64,000 bases of DNA from Narcine bancroftii. Taxonomy: Eukaryota. Position numbers and translations under genes: made by a program. Where the stretch lies: contig NC_091481.1 of the NCBI RefSeq assembly GCF_036971445.1, forward strand, positions 73,904,001 to 73,968,000, in the 5' to 3' direction. A model generated the notes under the pieces. The model ran no database searches, was not told the origin of the DNA, and was given only the letters and a program-made list of their open reading frames with translations. This document shows, piece after piece, positions 1-12,175 of the stretch; position 1 is the stretch's first letter; the number at the start of each line of letters is the position of its first letter.

Positions 1-1559
1 TTCCTGATTTCCCTCCTTTATCTTTTCTTCTCCCTTTCTCTCTCTCCCCTTTCTCTCCTTCTGCATTTTTTTTATCTTCACATCATTCTGCATCTCTTCC
101 TCCTCCCCAAATCAACATTGTCTCTCCCACCTTCCCTCTTTGGACAAGTCTCTCCTCTATATGCTGCCTCTTCCACACCACACCACCCCCCACCCACCCA
201 CATCACATTCCATCCGTGCGTCTATTTCTCTCTCACTTTTGCTCTGCACCATCACCTTCCCACCATCACTCGTCCGCCGGTTCCCCTTCTCGCCATCTCC
301 ATTCCCCCACTGATGCTCCCTGACAGTCTCCTCCTCCACTGTCTTATCTTGCACCATCTGCCCTCCTCCCATTTCCCTTCTACCCTCTTTCCATCATCCC
401 CTTCCCTCTCCAATCCTCCCCGACTCCTCCCTGCCATCTTCCTTCCCTACCCATCATCCTCCCCTCTAACTTCCCTCCATCCTTCTCCTCCTGTCCCTTA
501 TCCCTCCCCATCCCCTTCTCCTCTTCCCAAATTCTCACCTCATTCCTCTCTATCCTGTTCTCCCCTCCTCATCTCCACACCCTCACTCCTTCTCCTCCCT
601 CCCTCACTCTGTCACCCTCTCCTTACCCCCCACCCTCACCTCACCCCCCACCCTCTCCTCACCCTCTCTGTGTTCTGGTGCAGTGTTGGCCTCGAACCAG
701 GTTCTCCATCTGACCCAGACTCAGTCGTACGGGAGGATCGTCATCAGGCCAGGCCCACGGTTCAGGTCCAGCTCCTGATCCGTTGCAACGTGGAGTCCAA
801 GATCGCTTCCCTGCCCCTACACCATGCATCCCTGGTCAGAGACAGACCTACACGTGTCGGGTGGCCCCAGAAGATGTAGGGAGGGCCAAGAGGTTTGGGG
901 GTAGCTTTCCTTCCTGTCCTCCCTGAACCCTGCTCTCCTGCCCCACCAGCTCCATCTCCTTCCCATTCCCCTCACATCTGTAGCTTGGTGATGGAGCCCT
1001 TTTGGTGTCCTGAAAACTCCAGGGTGGATGTGTGTATATATACCTATTGTGCTCTCACCAGGAACCCAGTGTATCTGGGGCACAGATAATCTCAGCGGCT
1101 CACGTCGCATCCACAGGAAGTAAAGGGACAACCGATGTTTCAGGTCTGTGCCCTTCATGAACAAAAAGCAGCCAGGTGGCTGGATAAAAAGGTGGGGAGA
1201 GGATGGAGGAAGGGGCAGGGGGAGGAGCACAGACTAACAGGTAACGAGGTGGATACAGGGTAGAAGAGAAAGAGGCTGAGAGGTTATCGGGGGGGAAGGG
1301 CTAAGAGGAGAGAGACAGAGAGGTGGGAAAGGGAGATGGGGAGAGGTTCTCAGCTGCTTCTTTCTGCCCTCCCACCTGCATCTGTTACCTCTTACTGTTT
1401 TCCTTCTTCCCCTCCCTTCCTTCCTTTCCTCCACATCCTTTGTCCAATCTCCTCCCTTCTCTCTCCTCCTCCCCATTCCTCCTCTCCCCTCCCTCCTCCA
1501 CTCCTCCCCTTTTTCTTCTCTCCAACTCTCCCTCCTCACTGCCATTCATCCTCCACCTC

Positions 1560-2508
1560 CCTCTTCTTCCCTTTCCCTCCACCTCTTCTTCCCTTTCCCT
1601 CCACCTCTTCTTCCCTTTCCCTCCACCTCTTCTTCCCTTTCCCTCCACCTCTTCTTCCCTTTCCCTCCACCTCTTCTTCCCTTTCCCTCCACCTCTTCTT
1701 CCCTTTCCCTCCACCTCTTCTTCCCTTTCCCTCCACCTCTTCTTCCCTTTCCCTCCACCTCTTCTTCCCTTTCCCTCCACCTCTTCTTCCCTTTCCCTCC
1801 ACCTCTTCTTCCCTTTCCCTCCACCTCTTCTTCCCTTTCCCTCCACCTCTTCTTCCCTTTCCCTCCACCTCTTCTTCCCTTTCCCTCCACCTCTTCTTCC
1901 CTTTCCCTCCACCTCTTCTTCCCTTTCCCTCCACCTCTTCTTCCCTTTCCCTCCACCTCTTCTTCCCTTTCCCTCCACCTCTTCTTCCCTTTCCCTCCAC
2001 CTCTTCTTCCCTTTCCCTCCACCTCTTCTTCCCTTTCCCTCCACCTCTTCTTCCCTTTCCCTCCACCTCTTCTTCCCTTTCCCTCCACCTCTTCTTCCCT
2101 TTCCCTCCACCTCTTCTTCCCTTTCCCTCCACCTCTTCTTCCCTTTCCCTCCACCTCTTCTTCCCTTTCCCTCCACCTCTTCTTCCCTTTCCCTCCACCT
2201 CTTCTTCCCTTTCCCTCCACCTCTTCTTCCCTTTCCCTCCACCTCTTCTTCCCTTTCCCTCCACCTCTTCTTCCCTTTCCCTCCACCTCTTCTTCCCTTT
2301 CCCTCCACCTCTTCTTCCCTTTCCCTCCACCTCTTCTTCCCTTTCCCTCCACCTCTTCTTCCCTTTCCCTCCACCTCTTCTTCCCTTTCCCTCCACCTCT
2401 TCTTCCCTTTCCCTCCACCTCTTCTTCCCTTTCCCTCCACCTCTTCTTCCCTTTCCCTCCACCTCTTCTTCCCTTTCCCTCCACCTCTTCTTCCCTTTCC
2501 CTCCACCT
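1560..2508. repeat. 22-bp minisatellite (ccctccacctcttcttcccttt) x ~43
   Basis: Perfect 22-nt periodicity is directly visible. Confidence 0.97.
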
Positions 2509-3088
2509 CCTCCTTCCTTCCCCTACTCCCTTTTTACCACCCTCCAGCTGCCTGCCTACTCCTCCTCAACTCTCCTCCCATCCCTCCTCTCCTCCTTCTA
2601 TCCCAGCACCTCCCCTCCTTCCTATCCTCCCTCCTCTCCCTCCCACCTTCACCCTCACCCCTCCCTCCCATCCACCTTGCTCCTCATCACCCTCCTTCTC
2701 CCACCACCTAATCTCCTTCCAATCCTCTTTCCTCCTCCTCTCTCCTGTCCACCTTCCCCTCCTCTCCCTGTCCTCCCTCTCCCCTGTCCTCCCCCTCCCC
2801 TGTCCTCCCCCTCCTCCTCCCTCCCCTAACCTCCCCCTCCCTGCTTCCTTCCCCTCTTCACCCTCTCCCACCCTCACTGTCCTCCTCTCTGTTCCCTGCA
2901 TCCCCCTCACCCACCCATCCCCTCACCCTTCATCCCTTCCCTCCCTCACTGTCCTCCTCTGTTCCCTGCATTCCCCCTCACCCACCCATCCCCCTCACTC
3001 TTCCTCCCCACCCTCACTCCCTCCCTCCCCACCTCCCCTGCCTTCTCCTCCCCATCACCCACCTATCCCCATCCCCTCCATTTCCCCC

Positions 3089-3288
3089 NNNNNNNNNNNN
3101 NNNNNNNNNNNNNNNNNNNNNNNNNNNNNNNNNNNNNNNNNNNNNNNNNNNNNNNNNNNNNNNNNNNNNNNNNNNNNNNNNNNNNNNNNNNNNNNNNNNN
3201 NNNNNNNNNNNNNNNNNNNNNNNNNNNNNNNNNNNNNNNNNNNNNNNNNNNNNNNNNNNNNNNNNNNNNNNNNNNNNNNNNNNNNNNN
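3089..3288. other. Assembly gap (~200 N)
   Basis: Run of N. Confidence 0.98.
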
Positions 3289-3484
3289 NCCCCTTCCATT
3301 CTCCTCCCTTCCCTCCTCCCCTCCTCCATACCCCTGCCCCTCCCTCGCTCCCTTCTCCTCCCCTCCCCCCCACTCTTCTCCCCTCTCCCTTTCCCTCCCC
3401 CGTCCCCCTCTCCCTCCCCCCACTCTTCTCCCCTCTCCCTTTCCCTCTCCCGTCCCCCTCTCCCTCCCCGTTTTTTCTCATACC

Positions 3485-3570
3485 GTGAGGATGGGCTCAG
3501 ACCCGAAACGCTGGCCGCCCTTTACTTCCTGGAGACCCGGGTGCCCTGAGTTTCTCCAGTGGTTCTTGCT
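3485..3570 (+). mobile_element. Penelope-like element terminal-repeat fragment with degenerate hammerhead core; similar fragments at ~1090-1165 (-) and ~4395-4515 (+)
   Basis: gTGAGGA-tggg-ctcaga-ccc-GAAAC ... ctgagtttctccag. Resembles the tail following the GIY-YIG remnant at ~46200-46330. Confidence 0.5.
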
Positions 3571-4551
3571 CATCGCATGGCAATGCCGTTGCCCGCAGAC
3601 TTTCCTCCCCTTCTCGTTCTCTGCCTCATCTACTCGCTTCATATTCAAGTCCATGGTGGGGTCCACACCGAGAGCTCGTTTCGCCAGCTCTCCAACCAGT
3701 CATGCGACCAGTACAAAACCACCGAGAATCGGAGTGAAGGCAACGCTATTGCACTGGTCATCGGGGGCACAAGGTTCATGTTTTGGGAGAAGAGAATATT
3801 TAGCAGGTCGGGGTGCAGCGAGGGATCGTTTGTATGAATTGCCCGAGCGGGGACCGACGGGACAAGCGGTCTTCTCCTGCCTTCCCTTTCTTTTGACCCC
3901 CGTTTACTCAGTCCCGACTCGGGGAGATGGCCGAGTGAGTGGGGGCACAACTTGATGGGCCGCACAGGGACAGAACTTCACCTCCCCCTCCCCGTTCTGT
4001 CCATACAGAAACTCCTGTGTTGAACCATGATTAATTACGGTACTTGTTTAACTGTTCATTAACTGGTGAGGGCGGTTATTGCGATGGTCCACCACCTGAT
4101 GCCCACCCTCTGTGTCTGAACTTGAACAAGGAGCTGGCGGGACTCAGTGGGGCATTCCTCCTGGACAGCCTCAAATGCAGCGGCAGGAACATCCAGTCGT
4201 CTAATTTGAGGGAAGCCCCACTTCTGTCCGGTTCCATCTCTTATCCCCCAACTCCCGCTCTCACTTTGCCTCACTCGCCTACTGATTTTTCTCTCTACCC
4301 AGAGACTGTCCAGTATCTTAACGCTTTTTAGCTCCTCCCGAGTTTCACCCCACCCTCCCCTTAATATACTTGTTAACGCCCCCTTCCTACGGTGGTCTTG
4401 ATAAAGAGTCCTGACCCATAACTCTGGCTGTACATTTTGCTCCATTGCTGGTGCCTGACTCGCTGAGTCACTCCAGTTTCTTTTTGTTTGCTCAAGATTC
4501 CAGCCTCTGCCAAGTTTTGTGTTTCTCCCTTGTGCTACCAAGTTGGGATGA

Positions 4552-4810
4552 ACCGGACCTTTATGTGCACTGGCTTGTAAAGCCTGTGCAAGAACAGGTT
4601 GTCTACCGACCTGTGTGTGCGCTGGTTTGTAAATTCTGTGTAAGAGCATAGTTTATGCACCGACCTGTGTGTGCGCTGGTTTGTAAATTCTGTGTAAGAG
4701 CATAGTTTATGCACCGACCTGTGTGTGTGCTGGTTTGTAAATTCTGTGGAAGAACATGGTTTATACACCAACCTGTTAGGGAGCACTGGTTTGTGATTCT
4801 GCTCTGTTGA
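4552..4810. repeat. 54-bp minisatellite, ~4.5 copies
   Basis: ccgacctgtgtgtg recurs at 4606, 4660 and 4714, with degenerate flanking copies. Confidence 0.9.
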
Positions 4811-5021
4811 GAGTATCTCCACTCAGCTTGATGCTGGTGAATCCTCACACTGCACCAGGCACACAAATCCCACCACTGGTCTGTTGTGGCAAATTGCTGT
4901 TTGTGTTAAAGCTCCAGTGTATTGGTTTTCACAGAATTAGTGTTCCCTGGATTTTAATGTGCTTCTATTTAAACAAATAAAATGTTTGTTTATCTTGCTT
5001 CTGTCTGTGTTCTCTTGGATG

Positions 5022-6830
5022 TAGAAGCAGGGTGCCATTTCCCCACCTCAATTTTCTCTGCTCACTCCTCTACCAAGTCTCCATTTCCACAGTCCATTCC
5101 TCATGTTGTAACTTCCTTTGTGCCAGCCTTTCTTCCTATCCTTGTCCTTCTTCCTCTTTGTTGCCTGTCTCTCTTTGTCCTTGTTTAAATTTAAATTTGG
5201 ACATACAGCAGGGTAACAGGCCATTTTGGCCCATGAGTACGGCCCAGTTTGCACCAACTTAACCTACAACCATGGTACATTCAGAATGATGGGAGAAAAC
5301 CAGAGTCCTGGGGGAAGGCCCACACAGAGAATGTATGAACTCCTTACAGACAGCACGGGTCCCAGTCCTGATCACTGGCAGTGTAAAGGTGTTGCACTGA
5401 CCGCTACATCAACCGTGCTGCCTTTGGTGCCATGATGTTTTTGAATCTTTCACCATTTATTCTTCTAATCCACCTTCTACTCTTTCTTATTCTCTCCCAT
5501 CACTACTTCCTTTCCCTGCTTGTACCCGTTTCTTTAATTTACCTGCCATCTCCTCCTCCTCTCTCTCCTTGACCCTTCTCTCTCTGTCCTCTCCCTCACC
5601 CTCTGTGCCCCCTCTCAAAATGGCTCTCCTTCTCCTCTCTTGTCCCCTCCCTCTCCTTGTTCCATCTCTCTCATTCATTCCCTTTACCTCTCCTTGTACT
5701 CTCTCACACATTTCCCCCCCATAACTCTTGTTTTCTATCTCCTTGTCCCCTCTCCTTGCCCTGCCCCTCTCGCTCTCGTTCCCCCAATCATCCCCTCTCT
5801 CCTGTCCCGTCTCTCTCCATGTTCTCTTTCTTCCCCCACCCCCCCTCTCTCTCTCTCCTTTTACCCTCACAGTGTACAAATGTGTTTTTCTTTCTCTTTA
5901 GCTTTTTATCATTGAAGTGAGGGGACACAGTTTGATCAACATGCTGGTCAGGATGTCTGGTGTAATGGAGCTTCTTATTTTCTCAGCTGGTATTAATCAA
6001 ATATTGCAGATTTTGAATATATGGGTCAGTACTTCCTCCATGTCATTCCGTTTCTGGATTTGCCAAGTGTAGGGACTGCTATCCAGCTGCCAACAGTACA
6101 ATGGGGGCTCTTTAGAACATTATAGTACTGAAACAAGCCCCTTAGGCCTTTCTAATCTATGCTGAGTCCCACTGACCTGCACCCAGTCTATACCTCTCCC
6201 GTCTGTGTACCTGTCCAAATTCTTCTTAAATGTTAAATTTAAGCCTGCATTCACCACTTCAGCTGGCAGTTTGTTCCACACTCCCACCACTTTCTGTGTG
6301 AAGTTCCCTAAACCTTTCCCCTTTCACCCTTAACCCATGTTCTCTGGTTTGTATTTCACCTACCCTCAATGGAAAAAGCCTATCTGCATTTACTGCAGAT
6401 ACATACATACATCATGGCACCAAAGACACCAGGATTGATGTAGCGGTCAGTGCAACACCTTTACACTGCCAGTGATCAGGACCGAGACCCGTGCTGTCTG
6501 TAAGGAGTTCATACATTCTCTGTGTGGGCTTTCCCCCAGGAGTCTGGTTTCCTCCCATCATTCTGAATGTACCATGGTTGTAGGTTAAGTTGGTGTAAAC
6601 TGAGCCGTACTCATGGGCCAAAATGGCCTGTTACCCTGCTGTATGTCTAAATTTAAATTTAAACCAGGACAAAAAGAGAGAGACAGGCAGCAAAGAGGAA
6701 GAAGGACAAAGATAGGAAGAAAGGCTGGCACAAAGGAAGTTACAACACGAGGAATGGACTGTGGAAATGGAGACTTGGGAGAGGAGTGAACAGAGAAAGA
6801 TTGAGGAGGGGAAATGGCACCCTGCTTCTA
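5022..6830. repeat. Inverted duplication: arms 5022-5438 and 6409-6830
   Basis: tagaagcagggtgccatttcccc...ggtgccatgatgt is the reverse complement of acatcatggcacc...ggggaaatggcaccctgcttcta. Near-identical 69-aa ORFs occur on opposite strands. Confidence 0.93.
5187..5423 (-). mobile_element. tRNA-derived V-domain SINE (HE1-like); its duplicate lies at ~6421-6660 (+)
   Basis: tRNA-like head, V-domain-like ctgtaaggagtt..gtgggc..tctggtttcctccc, and a CR1-like tail ending ctgtatgtctaaatttaaa. Confidence 0.75.
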
Positions 6831-7146
6831 TCCCCCTTATAATTTTAAATATCTCTATCAAATCTCCCCTCCTTCTTCTGTGGTCAAGGAATAAAGTCCT
6901 AACCTGTTTAACCTTTCCCTGTAACTCAGTTCCTGAAGTTCAGGCAATATCCTAGTAAATCTATGCCCTCTTTCAATCTTGTATCTTTCCTGTAGTTAGG
7001 TGACTAAAACTGCACCCAATACAGTACATTTCTGATTTTCAAAATGCTTGCGACCAGACCTTAATTGGTTAACTGAATTTTTTGGATAACTGAGAAATTG
7101 CTTTAAAGCAGCCAAGTAGCATCAACAAAATACCTGCTTCGGCCAC

Positions 7147-7275
7147 CACTGATCCCCGACTCCTCCCCACCGCAGTCGCCGATCCCTGACACCTCCCCAC
7201 CGCTGTCGCCGATCCCCGACACCTCCCCACCGCAGTTGCCGATCCCCGACACCTCCCCACCACAGTCACTGATCC
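7147..7275. repeat. 30-bp GC-rich minisatellite, ~4.5 copies, inside the MITE
   Basis: Unit gatccccgacacctccccaccgcagtcgcc repeats. Confidence 0.9.
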
Positions 7276-7304
7276 TGCCCGGGAGCCCAAGGTCTCACCT
7301 CACC

Positions 7305-7385
7305 TTTAAGTGGTAGGAGATTGCACGTACAGTCCCAGGGATTGTCCTCCAGCAGAATTTCAGCGACCCCTGCTGAGGGTATTTG
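7305..7385 (-). pseudogene. Isolated SLITRK1-like LRR/LRRCT gene fragment (27 codons)
   Basis: [27 protein letters not shown] versus recalled SLITRK1 [25 protein letters not shown]. No other SLITRK sequence is seen nearby. Confidence 0.75.
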
Positions 7386-9088
7386 ACAGAGAGGGCGGCT
7401 TGGGGGAGCAGAGAGAGAGTGCATCTCAGGGGAGTGAGAGTGGTGCGGGGAGAAAGTGCCGCACAGGGGAGTGACGAAAGAACGTGGCGTGGGGGAGTGG
7501 GGAGAGAGTGTGGCATGGGCAAGCAGGAAGAGAGCATGGCTCAGGGGAGCGGGAAGTGGGAGTGATATTATGCTACAGGTCTTAGATGCCTCTCCTCTCA
7601 CAGTCAATGTGAAGGATGCCTTTGAAGGTCAATAGTTGTAGTGCCCAGAATGATTTGCAGCAAAATTTTGAAATAGTAGCATGTGCACCCACCACCCACC
7701 CCACCCCATTTCATGCCTTGAATTGCTTCACCTGGTTCTGAGTTCTTTTGTTACCAAACTAACACTAACAGCACATAAGACCCCCACATGAGCAACTTGG
7801 GTGAATTTTTTTCAACTTGTAATGTCCTGTTTCTGGCAAAAAAAAAATTCTGATAATTGAGAATCTTGGTAAAATTGTTTTTGGATAATTGGAAACTTAC
7901 TGGCCTTATCAATGTCTTGTACAACTTTACCATAACATCCCAACTCATACACTCAACACTATGATTTATGAAGGCTATTATGCCAAAAGCTCTCCTAGAA
8001 CAACCCAATCCACCTGTATTCCCAGGTCTCTCTGTTTCTCTACACTCCTCAGTGCCCAACCATTCACTGTGTATGTCCTTTCTTGGTTTATCCTTCGAAA
8101 ATGCAACAACTCACACTTGTCTGCATTAAATTCCATCTGACATTTTTCAGCCCATTTTTCCAGCCGGTCCAGATCCCTCCGCAAGCTTTGAAAACCTTTT
8201 TCGCTGTCCACAACACCTCCAATCTTAGTGTCATCTGGAAATGTGCTGATACAATTTACCACATTATCATCCAGATCATTGATATAGATGACAAGCAACA
8301 ATGGTCCCAGCACCAATCCCTGAAACACAACACTAGTCACAGGCTACTCTCTCTGGTTTCTCCTGTCCAGCCATTGTCAATCCAGTTCACTACTTCACAA
8401 TGAATACCTAGCACCTGAACCTTCTTGACTAACCTCCCATGTGTGACCTTGTCAAAGGCCTTACTAAAGTTCATAATATCCACAGCCTTTCCTTCATCAA
8501 CTTTCCTGGTAATCTCTTCAAAAAACTCAATAAGATTGGTTAAACGTGACCCCTACCTCGGACAAAGCCATGTTGTCTATCCCAAATCATTTTCTGGCTA
8601 TCCCAGTAATTGTATATCTGATCTCTCAGTACACTTTCCAATAATTTATCTACTACTGATGTCAGGCTCACTGGCCTACAATTTCTTAAACAATGAAACA
8701 AAAGCTAACCTCCAATTCTCTGGCACCACACCCATGGCTATTGACATTTTAAATATTTCTGCCAGATCCCCTGCAATTTTTAACCTCCCTCAAGTCATGA
8801 GGGAATATCTTGTCAGACCCTGTGGATTTATCCACACTTATTGCTTTAAGACACCAAGCACTTCTTCCTCTTTAATCTATGTAGGATCCATGACCTCACT
8901 GTTTGTTTTCCTTACTTCCCATAACTCAGTCCTCATTTCCTGAGTGAATACTGATGAAAAAAAATACATTTAAGACCTTCCCATCTCTTTGGTTCCATAC
9001 ATAGCCGACCACTCTGATCTTCAAGGGGACCAATTTTGTCCCTTTCTACCTTTTGTTCTTAATATACCTGTAGAAACCCATAGGATTT

Positions 9089-10763
9089 GATATGCCATAG
9101 TCATGGGCCAGTTAAGTGTTATACTAATACTGGGCTTTTACTAACAGACTATAACCACCACTAACCTGGTCAGTGGGAAAGCATCTCCACCTGTTATACC
9201 AGTAGGGTGGAGTATCTTAGCCATAGCCAATAGCAAGCAGTCAGTATAATATGCCCCTCCCCATTACATCATCACATTTGCTCCCCACAAAAATTGACCA
9301 ATTTTAATAAAATACAATATTGGCAAAAGTAAAACAAATTACAAAAGATTGCAAATAGAATTAATAGGAACATACAGCAGACAGGAAAAAAAAGCAGGCT
9401 GCAAGCCTGAGATAATACAGGGTGACTACACTCACTGTAATTATGGCTAAGATTAGAAATGGTCATAACAGAACTTCTAAGGAGGCTTTGAGATTCATGT
9501 TGATCTTCATAAGGGTACAGATGGAGGAGACTTATCTCTAACCAAAGGACTTCTGTCGCCAGGTGAGGAAGGGAGTGGAGAGTGCAAGGAAACATTCTCA
9601 TGAATAGGGTATTGTTCCTTGAGACGGGAAGGGTAGAGGAGGAGTCAGGTCAGTGGAAGAGCTAGCAGGCTATAGACCAGGCAAGGCTAAATCCATAAGG
9701 GAAACAGTGACCATCCTTCCATCATTAAAAATAACATGAGCATATTGCAATTAGGATGAGGCAGCTGAACACACACTACAAGCGGGTCAGCTTAACTGGG
9801 CCTAACATGTTTCTTAATAAAACATCTCCGGGCTTAAATAGCCAAGTCGGCAAGGTTGATGCAGTTTTTGATTTTCTAGTGAAAACAAAAGACACTGGTG
9901 AGGGGTCTCATTGGTAGCTGGACAAAGCCGTGTACAGATTGAGTTTAATGCTTTTGGCAGCACATCTTGCCAGCTGCTGGTGGTGAGACCTTTTGATTTT
10001 AGTGCAAGAGTGTTGGCTTTCAGATTGTACTGTTACTGTGCTCCACTTGACCATTACCCAATGGGTTATAGCTTGTAGAATGACCAGTAGCTATCCTCCT
10101 ATCAAGAAGGCATTGCTTAAATTCAGAACTCATGAAAGTTGACCCTCTGTCACTATGAATGAAGTTAGGATAACCAAAAATACTAAAAATAATATCAAGA
10201 CATTTAATAACAGAACAAGCAGAAATGTCAGCACATGGCATAGAGAAGGGAAAATGAGAGAATTCATCAATGATGTTAAGGAATTAGGAATTCTTAGTAT
10301 TTGAGGGTAGTGGTCCTTTAAAATCCATGCTGAGGTGTTCGAAAGGTCTAGATGCCTTAAATCAATGTGGAAGCAGAAGGCTTGTAATAGTGTGGTTTAC
10401 ACTCCACACAGACGGGGCACTCGTTAGTCAGTTTCTTGAAGTCTTGCAAACAAAGTGTTTTGTGGCATATTATGATAGGTTCTGAGGTGATTCAGTGCAT
10501 TCTGGTAGACAGCTGTTTCCCTAATCACTGAGTAGGGTACTTCTCCGAGGAGAAGGTCTATTTATGCTGCGTCTTGCACAACATTGTTCACTTGCATGAA
10601 TGCTTCAAAACACTGGAGCTAGTGGTGAAATATTTCTCCAGCTCAGGTGGCATCTTGATCTATTTCGAGGATTCCATGATTTAGGGAAGTATCCATGATT
10701 GAGAGTCTGTTAATAAAATTAATATGCCATAGACCTGGACCAGTCAAGTGTTATACTAATACT
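9089..10763 (-). mobile_element. Internally deleted Gypsy LTR retrotransposon (family A): 3' LTR ~9089-9276, integrase remnant, 5' LTR stub 10721-10763
   Basis: Integrase core FGYPNFIHSDRGSTF..STSYNPLGNGQVE. atatgccatag..aagtgttatactaatact occurs at both ends. A purine-rich tract abuts the 3' LTR. Confidence 0.8.
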
Positions 10764-10765
10764 TG

Positions 10766-12010
10766 TGTGACAGAATATAGATATGTTTTTGGGAGATAAA
10801 TTGGGGAAGGGTTTGTTAGGGTAGGTCACATACAAACACTTTAAAACAGATCTTATTTAAAATAATGGAGCTCTGCTAATGCTGGACATGTTGGGGCCTC
10901 AGAGCCTTTGCAAAAGCTTTGGAAAGTGACAAGAGACTTCACTAATGGATTGTTATTTACAAAAAGGTAACATGAAAGAGCTTGTCAGATCCACAGACAG
11001 TCAGGAGGGGAACTTGCTGTTCTAAGAGTGTCAAGTGGTTTTTAAGCAGAGAGAGTCAAACAGGATTTTTTGCTGGTTGAGAGAGAAAAGAGAAATACAC
11101 ACAGATACAGTTGCGAATTGGAACTGCAGCTGGGATTGGAACAGGACAAGCTTGTGGGAAACCCCATTTGGAGGATGGGTTGTGAATGGTTAGTTCAGCC
11201 TGGTCAAAGCCCTTGTGGTTCATGCAATAGGAGAGGACTGGATGTCTAATGTTTTACTTGAAATAGGAGAAACAAAAAGGCACTCTGGTGACCTGAGAGA
11301 AAGAGGTTGTCACCTGGAGAACCCTGACGGGGCAAGTATCTTCGACAAGACGCTGAAGTGCCTGAGTGTCCATCATATAATAAATCACTCTCTGAAAACT
11401 GACAAGAACTTTCGTGAGTGGTGACCATATACCTTTCAAGCACCAAAGCCTGGTGAACTTTATAGATGTTAAATTCTGTGTACAATATCAGAATTGCCTG
11501 CAACCAGTGAACTTGGAGGAATGAGAAGACAGATTGGACTGTGAACCAAAGAACGTTTCTGAACTTATACACACATTTCATACACGTGCTCTTAGAATTA
11601 GAAGGGGGTTAAGTTAGGTTAGTTAAGTCAATAGTGATAAGTTAAAGTGAGATTCTCTTTTCATGTTTAAAGATAATTAAACACAACCATTACCTACAGA
11701 GCTGTAGAGCAAGAGTAAAGAGGAACTGAAGGTTATTTCTAAGGTGTTAAAGATGATTGAAGCCAAGATCTGGATGAAGAAAATACAAACACAGAGGATT
11801 ATAGTGAAATATATAGTTGAGGGAAAATGTGTTGTGAAAGATAGATAATTTTCCAGAGGATAGATCTGTTGAATTGCAATTGGAGTTGGAGAAATTGAGG
11901 GTGGAAGAGGAAAGAGAAAAATTGAATTTTGAGTTGCAGAGACAACAATATGAGGCTGAAAAATAGATATATTAGGCAGAGGAAGCTGAAAAACAGAGGA
12001 AATATGTACT
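10766..12010 (+). mobile_element. Gypsy-type LTR (family B) fused to a gag N-terminal remnant; unit copies start at 19863, 28683 and 36531
   Basis: Starts TGTGACAG and is homologous to the solo LTRs at 46341 and 49316. Followed by a coiled-coil gag-like ELQLELEKLRVEEERE. Confidence 0.8.
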
Positions 12011-12175
12011 GAGCCCCGATCTGAAGTTTTGCACCTACCCTTAATCTAACTGTGCTTCGAGCAATAAAGCCCCATCATTCATATCCCCTTGCAATAACAC
12101 ATGTCTCACTCTTGGCAACATTGTCGTCATTCTTCTCTGCACACTCCAGCCTGACGAGATCTTTTCTGCAGCACG

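Larger units (their letters stand above)
1..3480. repeat. Polypyrimidine (CT-rich) low-complexity region with a short unique island at ~660-1330
   Basis: The + strand is almost entirely C/T. Long Pro/Ser/Leu and Gly/Arg/Glu ORFs here are compositional artefacts. Confidence 0.9.
7022..7902. mobile_element. Non-autonomous Tc1/mariner (Tigger/pogo-like) MITE
   Basis: Left end TA|cagtacatttctgattttcaaaa versus the right end read in reverse, cagtaagtttccaattatccaaaa (~18/24 match). Internal ggataa(c/t)tg repeats. Splits a CR1 at a TA. Confidence 0.7.
6115..9085 (-). mobile_element. CR1 LINE, 5'-truncated and decayed; interrupted by the inverted-duplication arm and by a MITE
   Basis: RT motifs TSVVFQGLVLGPLLLVIYINDLD and FPDDTKIGG..WQMEFNADKC-like (ORF 7978-8340). 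The CR1 sequence resumes across both insertions. Confidence 0.88.

Noticed and set aside
1058-1180. Minus-strand exon-like segment with AG/GT borders (PPGCFLFMKG...)
   Set aside because: Most of it matches the dispersed Penelope-type terminal repeat and there is no recognisable protein.
1323-2829. 300-500 aa ORFs on both strands
   Set aside because: They are translations of the stop-free 22-bp minisatellite and CT-rich DNA.
4552-4810. CRISPR-like array
   Set aside because: Contiguous 54-bp units without unique spacers, in a eukaryotic context.
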